From: Octopus sinensis | Taxonomy: Eukaryota | Assembly (NCBI RefSeq): GCF_006345805.1 | Contig: NW_021833625.1 | Location: forward strand, 1 to 57,279 | DNA length: 57,279 nt | Direction of reading: 5' to 3' | Part shown: positions 37,670 through 50,347 of the stretch, piece by piece | Position numbering within the stretch: position 1 is the first letter of the stretch | Layout: each line of letters starts with the position of its first letter | Position numbers and translations under genes: made by a program | Notes under the pieces: generated by a model | Databases searched by the model: none | What the model was told of the DNA's origin: nothing | What the model saw: the letters and a program-made list of their open reading frames with translations, nothing else

Positions 37670-38064
37670 TCTTTATATATAAAAGTGAAGTTGTGTGTCT
37701 GTCTCCTCCGATTTAGATTCCAAACTACTCCCACATTTTGCGGTGCAGTTTTTAACCAAAAGCGGGTATCTTATAGTCGTGATTCAAATCGAGCCCTTCT
37801 GGGTATTAGCGCGCGTCTACGATGAGTCTACGATTTAAAAATAAATTTACCATCATTTTTTCCCATTTTTAATGCATTTCTTTTTGCTATTATATAAGGG
37901 AAGTAACTTTCGTCTACGATGAGTCTACGATTTAAAAAAAAAATTACCATAATTTTTCCGCATTCTTAATTCATTTTCGCTCGGTTTATATAAGGGAAGT
38001 AACTCTCTATAAATGCTTATATAGTTATTTCCCTTACAAACCCGAGCAACGCCGGGCGATACTG
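37670..38064 (+). mobile_element. Non-autonomous Helitron-like element
   Basis: A|TCTTTATATATAAAAG start and cccgagcaacgccggg hairpin. Ends gatactg|T, lacking the terminal CTAG. Internal tandem duplication. Confidence 0.8.
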
Positions 38065-39055
38065 TTTTGCTATAAAAGGAAAATGTTGCTATCGATCCAT
38101 TTTATTCAAGGTAGGCAGTGCCTACCTTGCCCACCCAGGCGGGAGGTCCCTGAAATATAGGCATATCAGTCAGCTATGACCCAGCTGACCTTTGAGTAAA
38201 GGCATTCCAGTTGTGGTAATAGGGAGGGTTTGATTTGGGTAAAATTTGGCTGCTATTTTTGTATAGATTCTTCATCGTTGAGTTATTTATTTATGAGTTG
38301 TCGTTGTTGCTGTTCTTATTGTCTAGATCCAAGTTCGCTCTAATCAAGCAGAACTATGATCAAGGGCATGAAAACTCGAGCCAACCCTTTTTTCTGGAAC
38401 AGTATCGTCCAGACTGCATTACTATACACATCATGCTTTTAGATATAGTAAGGTGTATATTAAGAGAAATTCCTCTGCTATTTCTAGCAAATTACGTGAC
38501 TACATATAGGCTGCGTAGGTTGAATGATGAGACACAATATAACCACAGTTTCTGATCGGGCTCCTTCGTCGGGGAAAGCAGAGATTCATGTTTATTAAAT
38601 TTTCATTTTTTTTTCTTTGTTTTATTGAGGGTTAAACAATTTTTTGTAGTTGGGGAGATAACCAAAAGTACTGAAATTTTTTCATAAAACAGGGGAGATA
38701 ACCAAAATGTACCGACATCTAATATTACATCTAATGTTTCTTTTCATTTTCTGAGATGGAAGCGTGAAACTTAGGGAGGACTTTTCATACTGAAAATATT
38801 AAGCATCTTATTGAATCTAATAACATTTTTATAACAAATCATACCTATTTAGGAAGCCGAAAGTCAACAATATCGTGATGTATTGTATCAAAAGGATTTA
38901 ACCCTTTTAATCCAATCTTTTGCCGCCTCAAAAACTCAACTTTTCAGTGGGGAGATAACTCAATTTTTTAATGGTTCTTTATTGGGTCTAACCCATGTGT
39001 ACCTACCTACCTGCCAAGGCACGCACACACACCAACACACATACACACACACACA

Positions 39056-39086
<31 letters not shown>

Positions 39087-39518
39087 TATACAAAGGCACG
39101 CCCCACTCATTCACATGTTTAGAGTTATTTACAAATAATTTAATTATTTATCTACAGTTTATGTTAAATGCTAATATTACTCAAATATATTTCATTCTTA
39201 TAATCTGCCATTTTTTCTTTTTCTTTTCTTCTAGCTGTGAGCAAAAGTTGTGCTACTGTAAGATGGGAACATAATCATAATAAGGTATGAAACACAGTGG
39301 TATCATGCGGCGAAGCAGGATGGAAAACACACGGAAAACATTTCCTTCCAAGTTTGAAGCTATACGGAGAAATTACGAGAAATAAAATATAAATCATATC
39401 TAGTGTTTAAAAATGGCAGTGATATCTATATTTATATGTATACCTATATCTAATCTACAAGTTTGGTGATGCAGACAAGAAAAAACAGAAGTCGAAACAT
39501 GAGTGTGTGAGTGTGTAC

Positions 39519-39575
<57 letters not shown>

Positions 39576-40104
39576 TGATAGGGCACAGAAAGTGTGTCTA
39601 TAGCCAGCTGGAGGAGGTGTCCTCCTGGGGCTACAAACTACAGTAGCATCCACCCTTAGGGGTTAGCCATATTCAAATGGCAAATATACGTCACGATATT
39701 TATATCTATATATATATATATATAATAATTGATATCCCATAGTGGGTTACATCCATAACCCCTATCTTACTTTGTATTATATATATATGTGTATGTATAT
39801 ATATACGCATACATTCGGTGCGAATGGTTTTTTTGTATATACAGCGCTAAGTTTACAATCCTGTAAAGAATAATAATAGTATTTTTCTATAAGCTTAAAG
39901 GATATGGTGTTCACCGTGAAATGACTAAGGAAAATAGTCGAACAAAGAATGTGGGTTCGATTCACACGCGCATAGGAAAGCCTTCTTTTTCCTGTCGAGG
40001 GCTTATATGCCCCTTTAGTAGACTATTTTCCTTAGTCATTGGTACGTTGATTACCATAAATTTTAAGCACATATATTTATTCATATAAATATTAGAAATT
40101 AGCC

Positions 40105-40268
40105 CGAATCATAAGGATACGCAAAGCATCAACCTGTTTAGACATAGGAGTTAAAGTCCCCACCATTTCCTCGCTTACTCTTATTTTATTTATTTATTTT
40201 TGCGGTTGAATTGGGACTTTAACTTCTATTTCTAAACAGGTTGATGCTTCGCGCATCCTTACGCTTCG
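40105..40268. mobile_element. Foldback/MITE-like element with ~50-bp inverted repeats
   Basis: taaggatacgcaaagcatcaacctgtttagacataggagttaaagtccc (40112-40160) versus its reverse complement at 40213-40261, with about 4 mismatches. Confidence 0.75.
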
Positions 40269-40499
40269 TTAAATTTTTAATTTCATATCTATATAATGCT
40301 ATCAAACCTGAAACCGTCTATGTTACCATTGTTAATATTATCCATTAAAAATATTCACCACAGATAATACTAACAATAGTAATATCATATTTCGAATGTG
40401 AGCATTCGAATATTTGCTTATATATATATATATATATATAATATATATATATATTATATATATATGTGTATGTGTGTGGTTGTGTGTGTGTGTGTGTCC

Positions 40500-40695
40500 A
40501 TGTTTGCCCCTCCCCACATCGCTTAACAACCGATGCTGGTGTGTTTACGTCCCCGCAAATTAGCGGTTCGGCGAAAGAGACCGATAGAATAAGTACTAGT
40601 CTTATAAAGAATAATTCCTGGTGTCGACTTGCTCGACTAAAGTCGGTGCTCCAGCATGGCCGCAGTCAAATGACTGAAACAAGTAAAAGAGTGTA
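40500..40695 (+). mobile_element. Family A SINE 3' half
   Basis: cgcttaacaaccgatgctggtg...gactgaaacaagtaaaagag. Confidence 0.8.
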
Positions 40696-41029
40696 TATAT
40701 ATTATATATATAAAAATTAAAGTCATAATATATGGATTCAAGTAATCGAGTTGTACTCATAAAAATATTTCTTAATGTATGATTCTACAAAATATATACA
40801 GTACAAAACGTACGATACAAGAGAAAACGATTAGGAAAGTAAAGCCATAAATGACAGGAATTGTTTGATGAAATTCTATTTAACAATGAGAAAATTCTCA
40901 TGTCACGATAAATTGTTTCGTAACTTCAAAGCATGTAAATAATTTGTACTATTATATTTGATAATAAATAAATTACTTACATGCCTGACTCAAGGGCCGA
41001 GAATTTCGTGTGTCAGCAATTATGAAAGT

Positions 41030-41342
41030 AGTTAGAGCGGTTAGAGCGTTGAGCTTACGGTCGTGAAGTCGTGAGTTCGATTCCCGGACCGGGCTGCGTG
41101 TTGTGTTCTTGAGAAAGACACTTTATTTCACACGTTGCTCCAGTTCACTCAGCTGTAGAAATGTGTTGCGACGTCAATAGTCCCAAGCTGTAGCATCTTT
41201 TACCTTCCTCTTGGTGGCGTGGAGAGGGGAGACTGGTATGCATGGGCGATTGCAGACTTCCGCAAACAATCTTGCCCAGGCTTGTGCCTCAGAGGGGAAC
41301 TGTCTTGGTGCAATCTCGTGATTGTTCGAGACCGAAGGGGAT
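41030..41342 (+). mobile_element. Family G CORE-like SINE
   Basis: Homologous to 6234-6562. Confidence 0.75.
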
Positions 41343-41559
41343 CTAGTGCTATCGTGTCATTTTCTTTTTTTGCTCTCTCTCTCTAAATGGCACTCTACCG
41401 ATATGTGCTAGGAATAAGCTAAAATGGATTCAAATTTCAAATAACCATGAAGAAAAGAACTACAAAAGACCACAAACAGGCAACGGTCAATGAACTCTTG
41501 TCAATTCTAATAACATTGGGAACGAATAAAATAAACGTAAAAAAAAAAAACGAACGATT

Positions 41560-41836
41560 TGTAGCTCACTATCGCAAGGTTGTGTGTTCGATTCCAGACT
41601 GGGCATTGCGTCCTTCAGCAAGGCATTTAATTTGGCGTTGCTCCAATCCACTCAGCTGGCAAAAATGAGTAGTACCTGCATTTCAATGGCTGAACCATGT
41701 CAGAATCTGTGTCACGCCGAATCTCCCTGAAAACTACGTTAAAGGTGCACTTGTCTGTGGGATGCTCAGAGAACGACCAGGTTGTTCCGTTGATGAGATC
41801 AAGTGGAACACTCGTCGTCGTAGCCGACGGAGTACC
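41560..41836 (+). mobile_element. Chimeric SINE: CORE-like body with family B 3' tail
   Basis: gttcgattcc...ccttcagcaaggc...ccactcagctggcaaaaatgag, then ctgtgtcacgccgaatctccc...aactacgttaa...ccgacggagtacc. Confidence 0.65.
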
Positions 41837-41880
41837 AATGCCTATGTGTGTGTGTGTATGTATACATATTTTTATATTCA

Positions 41881-41953
41881 TTCCATGTAGTCTAGTGGGT
41901 GGGATTCCTGGCTTTTACTCAGGCGGCCCGGGGTTCGATTCCCGGCATGAAAA
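41881..41953 (+). pseudogene. tRNA-Glu(TTC)-derived pseudogene (anticodon position reads TTT)
   Basis: ttccatg ta gtc tagtgggtgg gat t cctgg CTTTTAC tcagg cggc ccggg g ttcgatt cccgg catgaaa a. Colinear with eukaryotic tRNA-Glu(TTC). Acceptor stem 6/7 paired, anticodon stem 5/5, one extra G before the T-loop. Confidence 0.75.
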
Positions 41954-42028
41954 CTCTATATATTTCAAGGCGGTGCTCCAGCATAGTCGCACTCAAATGA
42001 TTGAAATAAGTAAAGGAATAAAATATGA

Positions 42029-42076
<48 letters not shown>

Positions 42077-42269
42077 TATGTGTGCGTGCATGTGTATAAT
42101 GTGTGTGTATTATATATTTATATATATGTGTGTGTATGTGTGCTTCTATACATAAACGTATTTATATGTATACATATATACACCTTTTACAGACTATTAT
42201 CACAATGGCTGTCTGAGTAATTCAAACGAGAATGACAGACTCGTACGGGCATGAATGGTATATGCACGG

Positions 42270-42680
42270 GATTAGTATGTATGTATGCCTGTATGTATGT
42301 ATGTATGTATGTATGTACGTATATATGTATGTCTGCATGTTTGTATGTTTGTATGTATGTATGTATGTATGTCTGCATGTATATATGTATGTATGTATGT
42401 ATGTTATATATGTATGTCTGCATGTATATATGTATGGATTTATGTATGTATGTATGTATGTATGTATGTATGTATGTATGCATGTATGTATGTATGTCTG
42501 CATGTATGGATTTATGTATGTATGTATGTATGTATATATGTATGTATGTATGTATATATGTATGCCTGCATGTATATATGTATGGATTTATGTATGTATG
42601 TATGTATGTGTGTGTGTATGTGCTTCTGCATGTATTTACACATTTATGTACATTTGCTTGTATTTATGTGTGTATTATGA
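42270..42680. repeat. (TATG)n-based microsatellite
   Basis: Directly visible. Confidence 0.95.
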
Positions 42681-42859
42681 TGTATGAAATGCTGTATCCA
42701 TGCATGCATGGATGCCTTTATGTATGTATTGCTTGTTAAGTTTCCCGCTGAAATATCTTTATGCGTTTGGATGGATGAGAGCTTGTGCGCCATATTCATT
42801 CATACGATTATACACACACATTCACACACGTACAGACACACACACACACACACGCCCAC

Positions 42860-43325
42860 ATCTTTTATCTTCTAATTGCTCCAGTTATTAAACTGCGGCC
42901 ATGCTGGATCTCTGCCTTGGAGAATTTTTATTCGAATGATTCGCGAACCCAGTACGTAAGTTTTTTTTTTGTTTTTTTTTTTAAAGCCTGGAACTTAATC
43001 TATTAGCCTTTCTGCTGAACTGCTAAGTTACAGGACCGTAAAAAACATCCACACCAGTTGTTAAGCGGTGGTGGAGGACAAACATAGACACAGACACATA
43101 TGCAAATACCAAACCACACACACACAAATCACCCCACACTCAAATACCGCCTCCACACACAAATACCCACACGCACACATGCACGCACACATAAACATAC
43201 ACAACTGTCGAATTCACTCACAAGGTTGCGGTCGGCCCAAGGTTATAGTAGATGGTACTACTTCAAGGTGCCATGTACTGGTTTAGAACCATAAACTTGT
43301 GGTTGGGAAGTAAACACAGCCACCG
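42860..43325 (-). mobile_element. Family A SINE, diverged
   Basis: ctgcggccatgctgg tail and aattcactcacaaggttgcggtcggcccaaggttatag head, both reversed. Confidence 0.7.
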
Positions 43326-43377
43326 ATTGTTGGTGGGATCAACAAAAGCAGCATTCAATTCAATTTTAAAGACATCA

Positions 43378-43812
43378 GTGCAGGCGTCGCCATGTGGTAA
43401 GAAGCTTGCTTCCCAACCATATGGTACAAAGTTCAGTCCCACTGCGTGGCACCTTGAGCAAGTGTCTTGTATTATGGCCTCAGGCCGATCATAGCCTTAA
43501 GAGTGAATTTGACCGAAGGATACTGAAAGAAGCCCGTTGTGTGTATAAACTTGTAAGTGGATTTGGTAGACGGAAACTAAAAGAAGACTGTCGTGTATAT
43601 ATATATATATATGTGTGTGTGTATGTGTTTCTGTGTGTGTGTGGTGTGTGTGTGTGTGTGTGTGTGTTTGCGTGTGTCTGTTTGTTCGCCCAATATCGCC
43701 TGATAATCGATGCCGGTGTGTTTACGTCCCCATCACACAGTGGTTCGGCAAAAGAGACCGATAGAATACATACTAAGCTTAAAAATATATATATTTATAA
43801 ATAGATACATAC

Positions 43813-43860
<48 letters not shown>

Positions 43861-44165
43861 ATGTATGTATGTATCTGTGTGTGTGTATGTATGTATGTAT
43901 GTGTGTATGTATGGATTTATGTATGTATGTATGTATGTATGTATGTATGTATGTATGTATCTGTGTGCCTGTGTTTGTCCTTCTTCCGTCGCCTAACAAC
44001 CGATATTGGTATGTTTACGTTTACGTAACTTAGCGGTTCGCCAAAACAGACCGATAAAATAAGTACTAGACTTACAAAGAATAAGTGCTGGAGATGATTT
44101 GTTCGACTAAAAGCGGTGCTCCATCATGGCCCCAGTCAAATGCTTGAAACAAGCAAAAAGTAAAG
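43378..44165 (+). mobile_element. Family A SINE(s) with duplicated segments and two 3' halves separated by microsatellite
   Basis: Head at 43378. gtggatttggtagacggaaact-like block appears twice. 3' halves at ~43670-43790 and ~43960-44165. Confidence 0.75.
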
Positions 44166-44218
44166 GAACACTAGTTGCCTTCTGTGAGAACACAATAAAC
44201 TAGCAAATTTATAGATAA

Positions 44219-44602
44219 CTAGCAGTATCGCCCGGCGTTGCTCGGGTTTGTAAGGGAAATAACTATAAAGCATTTTTAGAGAGTTATAGCCAAAAAATAG
44301 CAAAAAAATGGAAAAAAAATTATGGTAAATTTTTTTTGAGAGTTAAAAAGGTCGAGTTGCATCCCCTAGACAGTCTGTAGTTTGTGTTTCTGATTCTCGA
44401 CCCCATGTCGAATTTATCGATTTTTTTCAGAAGTGGGGGAACTTTCCAAAATTTTCGCTGCGTTAGTTTTGAATTATGACATTGGGCTATGTGTGTGTCA
44501 AGTTTCATCAGAATCGGTTGAAAGCCGTGGTCAGGGTGAGGGTACAACCTAACAGACACACAGACACGCAGACAGACAAACTGCCGTTTATATATAGAGA
44601 GA
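44219..44602 (-). mobile_element. Non-autonomous Helitron-like element (second subfamily)
   Basis: On minus strand A|TCTCTCTATATATAAAC ... cccgagcaacgccggg cgatactgCTAG|T. Confidence 0.85.
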
Positions 44603-44726
44603 TATTTGGTCCCGAAGGATAGCTTCGAAGCATGCATAAAGGTTACATAAACTTGGCAGTTTATTTATTGTGTTTTCACAGCATGAAACAAATAGTAGCA
44701 ACTATTTAAGTAGTGTGCATTTAAAA

Positions 44727-45099
44727 TCTCTCTATATATAAACGGCAGTTTGTCTGTCTGCGTGTCTGTGTGTCTGTTAGGTTGTACCCTCACCCTGACC
44801 ACGGCTTTCAAACGATTCTGATGAAACTTGACACACACATAGCCCAATGTCATAATTCAAAACTAACGCAGCGAAAATTTTGAAAAGTTACCCCAGTTCT
44901 GAAAAAAATCGATAAATTCGACATGGGGTCGAGAATCAGAAACCCAAACCACAGACTGTCATGGGGACGCAACTCGACCTTTTTAACTCTCAAAAAAAAT
45001 TTACCATCATTTTTTTCCCATTTTTTTGCTATAACTCTCTAAAAATGCTTTATAGTTATTTCCCTTACAAACCCGAGCAACGCCGGGCGATACTGCTAG
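44727..45099 (+). mobile_element. Non-autonomous Helitron-like element (second subfamily)
   Basis: A|TCTCTCTATATATAAAC ... hairpin ... CTAG|T. Inverted near-copy of 44219-44602. Confidence 0.85.
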
Positions 45100-45167
45100 T
45101 TATATATATATGCATCTGTGTATTTCTATGTATATCTGCGCGTATCTATCTATCTATCTATCTATCA

Positions 45168-45231
<64 letters not shown>

Positions 45232-45297
45232 CTCTTTCTCTCTCTCTCATACATATATACAAACACACGCACACACGCACATACACACACAATCACG

Positions 45298-45342
<45 letters not shown>

Positions 45343-45359
45343 TATATATATATATATAT

Positions 45360-45461
45360 CACTGTGTGGCGCCTTGGGCAAGTGTCTTCTACTATAGCTT
45401 CGGGCCGACCAAAGCCTTGTGAGTGGATTTGGTAGACGGAAACTGAAAGAAGCCCGTTGTA

Positions 45462-45531
<70 letters not shown>

Positions 45532-45709
45532 TCCGCCCAATATCGCCTGATAATCGATGCAGGTGTGTTTACGTCCCCGTCAGCAGCGGTTCGGCAAAAG
45601 AGCCCGATAGAATAAGCACTAGGCTAACAAATAATAAGTCCTGGGGTCGATTTGCTCCACTACAGGACTACTGAAAAAATAAAAGATAAAAAGAATATAT
45701 ACATAATAT

Positions 45710-45778
<69 letters not shown>

Positions 45779-45955
45779 ATATATATATAATATATATATA
45801 TGCGTGGTGGAATATGTGGTAAGTAATTTGCTTCCCAGCCACATGTTTTCTCGCTGCCTGACACGTTCAGGAAGTGTCTTCATATACAACCTTGAACCGA
45901 CCAAAGACTTGTGAGTGGACTTTTGGTGGACGGAATCTTGAAGAAGGCCGTCGTA
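45360..45955 (+). mobile_element. Two partial family A SINEs (45360-45700; 45805-45955)
   Basis: ccttgggcaagtgtcttctactatag block, plus a second head gtggtaagtaatttgcttcccagccacatg. Confidence 0.75.
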
Positions 45956-46242
45956 TATATATATATATGTGAGTGTGTGCGTGCATGTGTGTGTGTGCGT
46001 GCATGTGTGTGTGTGTGTGTGTACGCGCGTGCGTGTGTGTGCGTATATTATTTAAATATACGTGCGGAGACATCTGATGAGACCCCAATAAGTGTCGAAA
46101 ATCAAGTAAGTTTGTTCATAATTTTTACGTACAATTTGCAGAGAAGTAAGTGAATTTCACATGTTTCTATCTCTGAATTGGTTCGCACTTATACATACAT
46201 ATATATATATATATGTGTGTGTGTGTGCATGTGTGTGTGTGT

Positions 46243-46292
<50 letters not shown>

Positions 46293-46576
46293 TGTGTCTT
46301 TGTGTCTGTGTACAAGAATTAAAAGGGATTAAAAAATCTAGGCTGTTATCAATAAAGCTGTTTTAAACGAATTTAGTTAACTATATCAAACAGACTTAAT
46401 AAATGCAAACTAATGCCTCCTGTATGAAAAGTAGATCCAAACATCATTTTGAAGAATTTCGAAAAATTCAGAGTATTAGATAAGAAAATAAGAACAGAGA
46501 AAATCTCTTCCTAATAGCAGGTTCTTTCGCAGAATTTTCCTTTCAAACCAACTGTTGTTTCTGTTGTGTCAACATA

Positions 46577-46970
46577 TCTTTATATATAAAAGTGAAGTTG
46601 TGTGTCTGTCTCCTACGATTTAGATTCCTAACTACTCCCACATTTTGCGGTGCAGTTTAACCAAAACCGGGTATCTTAAAGTCGTGATTCATATCGAGCT
46701 CTTCTGTGTATTAGCGCGCGTCTACGATGAGTTTACGATTTTAAAAAAAATTACCATCATTTTTTCCATTTTAATGCATTTTTTCGCTATTATATAAGGG
46801 AAGTAACTCTCTAAAAATGTCTACGATGAGTCAACGATTTAAAAAAAATTACCATCATTTTTTTCCCATTTTTAATGCATTTTTTTGCTATTTTTTGGCT
46901 ATAACTCTCTAAAAATGCTTATATAGTTATTTCTCTTACAAACCCGAGCAACGCCGGGCGATACTGCTAG
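46577..46970 (+). mobile_element. Non-autonomous Helitron-like element
   Basis: A|TCTTTATATATAAAAG ... cccgagcaacgccggg ... CTAG|T. Internal tandem duplication. Confidence 0.85.
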
Positions 46971-47460
46971 TTTAGACATTAAAAATATGATTGAAATTCA
47001 TATGTTCGAAAATATACATTAGTACAGCATTTTCAAGGTGACCCAAAATAAGTTAAATTAAATTTGAAATATGGAAATATTTCCTCTACACGAACTCATA
47101 GAAAAAGTACGCCAAGAAGAAATATAATCTAAGAAACGCTACTTTTGTTTTGAACATTCAGTGACGTCAGTGGATAACGAAAATTAGAAAATTTACATAA
47201 GGATTCTATGTTACGACAATTAGAACTTAATTACTCACGACAATTAGTTATCTGTTTATTAGAATTATGATCATATTATGTAACATATGAAAAGTAATTA
47301 AAAATTGAAATATTTTAGTGTCTTCCCAAATTTCGGATATAGAAATTTCAATGATATTTTTTATATCTAAATATATTGACGCAGCAGACACAATGTCGAA
47401 TTTGTGAGGGGAATTCTACAATTAAAGATGCGATTTTCTCTCTCCGTAATTTGTTCTTTT

Positions 47461-48900
47461 CTTTTTTTTTATTTTTGTAGTTTCAGCTCAAAGCTGTGGC
47501 CATGCAGGGGCACCTCTGTTTTGTAACACGGTTATTACTGAGATATTCCTCTAATATGTGGCACTTAGTGAAGAAGAGAATTTGATGTCGCTACTTTCAG
47601 TTGCACCTCTTGCCATGTGGTTCCTATTTCGAGCCATGCCTAGCTCATAAGGGCCGGTTTCCCGGTTTCCTTGGCGTATAAGTTCCCCACCTGATCCTTC
47701 GCAAGTGAGCTGCAAGATGCAGGAGGAAAGAGGGAGAGAATGTTGTGGCGAATGAGTCAGCAGAAGTTCGCCATTACCCTCTACCGGAGCTGCGTGGACC
47801 CTAAGTGTTTCGCTCATAAACACACACATCGCCCGGTCTGAGATTCGAACCCGCAATTCCTCGACCGTGAATCCGCTGCTCTAACCACTAGGCCATGTGC
47901 CTCCACCTTGCCATAAGGTAGGTTCATCTGGAACTCTCGACAGGAAGAGGTTAAATTTTGATTTGAAAACACCTACATCCACTTCGTGTAGGTCTCTCAG
48001 GTTCTTTCGGAGAATATTAAAAAAGCTGTGGGCATCTGAAACCCAGGCTGTTGTAGTAACTGGTTCTGAAGTGCGATAACATTACTGAGGTCTTTGGTAC
48101 TGTGCAGAGGCGACCCGTTCTGGCATTGGTGTAGCTTTCAATGTCAGAATTTGGCTCAGTTCCTTCCAGGATGTTCCAGATGTATATTAATGCACACCTC
48201 TTCCGCTTTCGCTCAAGGGAGTAGAGTCTTAGCTGTTTCAGCCTTTTCCAGCAATGAGAATATCTTCTTTGTGAAGCTTTGCTGAATTGTTTTAAGATCC
48301 GCTGTTAATTTCACACTGGTGGGTGACCATAGCTGTGAGCAGTAATCCAGGTGGCTGAGGCCGAATGTCCCCCAGAGGACCATCACGGCTTCCTTTTCCC
48401 TGGTTCTGAACATTCTCAGGATCCATCTAACCAGTCGTCTGCACTTTGTCGCCATCCTGGTAATGTGCACTTAAAAAGAGGTATTATCACTCATGTCGAT
48501 ACCCAGGTCCCTCACTTATTTAGTTTTTGGAATTGCAATCCCCTGTGGAACAGTGTACCCTGTAAGTTTTATATTTAATTTTGGACGCTGGTAGCGCAGG
48601 GCTTAAAATCTTTCAGCGTTAAACTGCATATTATTATCCTCAGTCCATCTGTAAACTGAGTTCAACTCCTGCTGCAGGTGTGCAACATCGCTGAGGTTCT
48701 GTATTTTCTGTGAGACATTCGTATCGTCTGCGTAGCTAGCAAGAGTGGCTATCCGGGCAGTTGAAGGCATATCTGAGAGGGCTACTATGAAAAGTAGTGG
48801 TCCCAAGACAGTGCCCTGTCGAACACCGCTCACTATTTGTGTTTTTATTGAGGTGGCTCCATTTGTCACTACTGCCTGACTTCTATCTTTCATATAAGTA
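47461..48900 (-). mobile_element. 5'-truncated, frameshifted CR1/L2-group LINE (RT pseudogene to 3' tail), interrupted by a SINE
   Basis: KDRSQAVV..SGVRQGTVLGPLLF..YADDT..NNMQFN (RT motifs). Then SHLDYCSQLWSP, then NSLGFRCPQL..FKSKFNLFLSRVPDEPT, then tail gaggtgcccctgcatggccacagctttgagctgaaac. Confidence 0.9.
47617..47906 (-). mobile_element. Family B-headed SINE with alternative tail, 8-bp TSD, inserted in the LINE
   Basis: CTTGCCAT at 47609-47616 and 47907-47914. B-type head and body, with tail ...gaaaccgggaaaccggcccttatgagc. Confidence 0.8.
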
Positions 48901-49508
48901 AGGTCGTTATTTTCCAATCTTCTGCAAGAAACATGCCAAGATATAGGAAAATAATGCCTTGCTTGGAAGTTGATGTTTGGCGTCAGCGAGAACATCCGGC
49001 TATAGATAATTTGTCTCAACAAATTGTGACTCACCCATGCATGCACTGAAAACTGGACGTTAATTGATGATAATGACTACGAAGATGATGACGATGATGA
49101 TGTTTACGATGAATGCATAGGGCCAGAACAGATGCAACAGGAAAGGCATTCTTGTCATTGCCTTAACAATTCTGCAAATTTGCCGCCCTGAATCAGATTT
49201 CTATCATCCTCACTTTCGAACCAGAATGAATAAAGGTTAATATTTGATCATGGCGTGGTTTGAACTCAGAGCTTGGAAAGCTCCAACACATTAATGTCTA
49301 ACACATCAGCATTAACACATTGATGGAAAATTTAGTTATTGTTTGTAGCTAGTCGATCAACAGCGAATTTGTTTCTCATTTATTTATTTATTTATTCATT
49401 TATTTTGATGGCTTGGTCTTTTAAGTCTTTTATTTTCAAATACAAGATCAAGTGTATTTCAATGATGTGTATTGTTTTTTTGAAAGGAACAAAAGAGATG
49501 AGATCGTT

Positions 49509-49509
<1 letters not shown>

Positions 49510-49578
<69 letters not shown>

Positions 49579-49691
49579 GAGACAGAGAGAGAAAGAGAGA
49601 GAGAGAGAGACAGACAGACAGAGACAGACATACGGACAGACGCACGGACTAATAGACAGACAGAGAAGGGGAAAGAGAGAGAGAGAGTGAG

Positions 49692-49722
<31 letters not shown>

Positions 49723-49785
49723 AATAGATAGACAAATAAACACATGCACAGACAGACAGACACACGGACGAACAGACAGACAGAA

Positions 49786-49816
<31 letters not shown>

Positions 49817-49953
49817 AAGAAAGATAGCGTGAGAGAGAGATTTGGTTACTATTTCTGGTTGCCTGTGCAGCCACGAACAGGATCTCTCGTTAAACCGTTT
49901 CTGCAGATATCGCAGTTGCTGCTGCAAGCTCAGGATTATGGGATTGGTGATGG

Positions 49954-50022
<69 letters not shown>

Positions 50023-50312
50023 CGACAACGTCAACGAGAACGACGGCGACGGTGCTTAATGCCGATGGTATGCTTCCGCATCATCATCATCATCATCATC
50101 ATCAGCATCAGCAGCAGCAGCAGCAAACAGCAGCCGCGGCATTATCCTCATCAACATCCTCATCGACATCACCTTTCTCAACTTCCACTGCTCTCTTCAT
50201 TTCGATCATCATCATCAACATCATCATAATCATCATCATCATCGTCGTCGTCGTCGTCGTCGTCATCATCATCATCATCATCATAATCATCATCGTCGTC
50301 GTCGTCATCACT

Positions 50313-50347
<35 letters not shown>

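Noticed and set aside
41881-41953. Functional tRNA-Lys(TTT) gene
   Set aside because: The body is Glu-type, with an extra base before the T-loop and an acceptor mismatch. A pseudogene is more likely.
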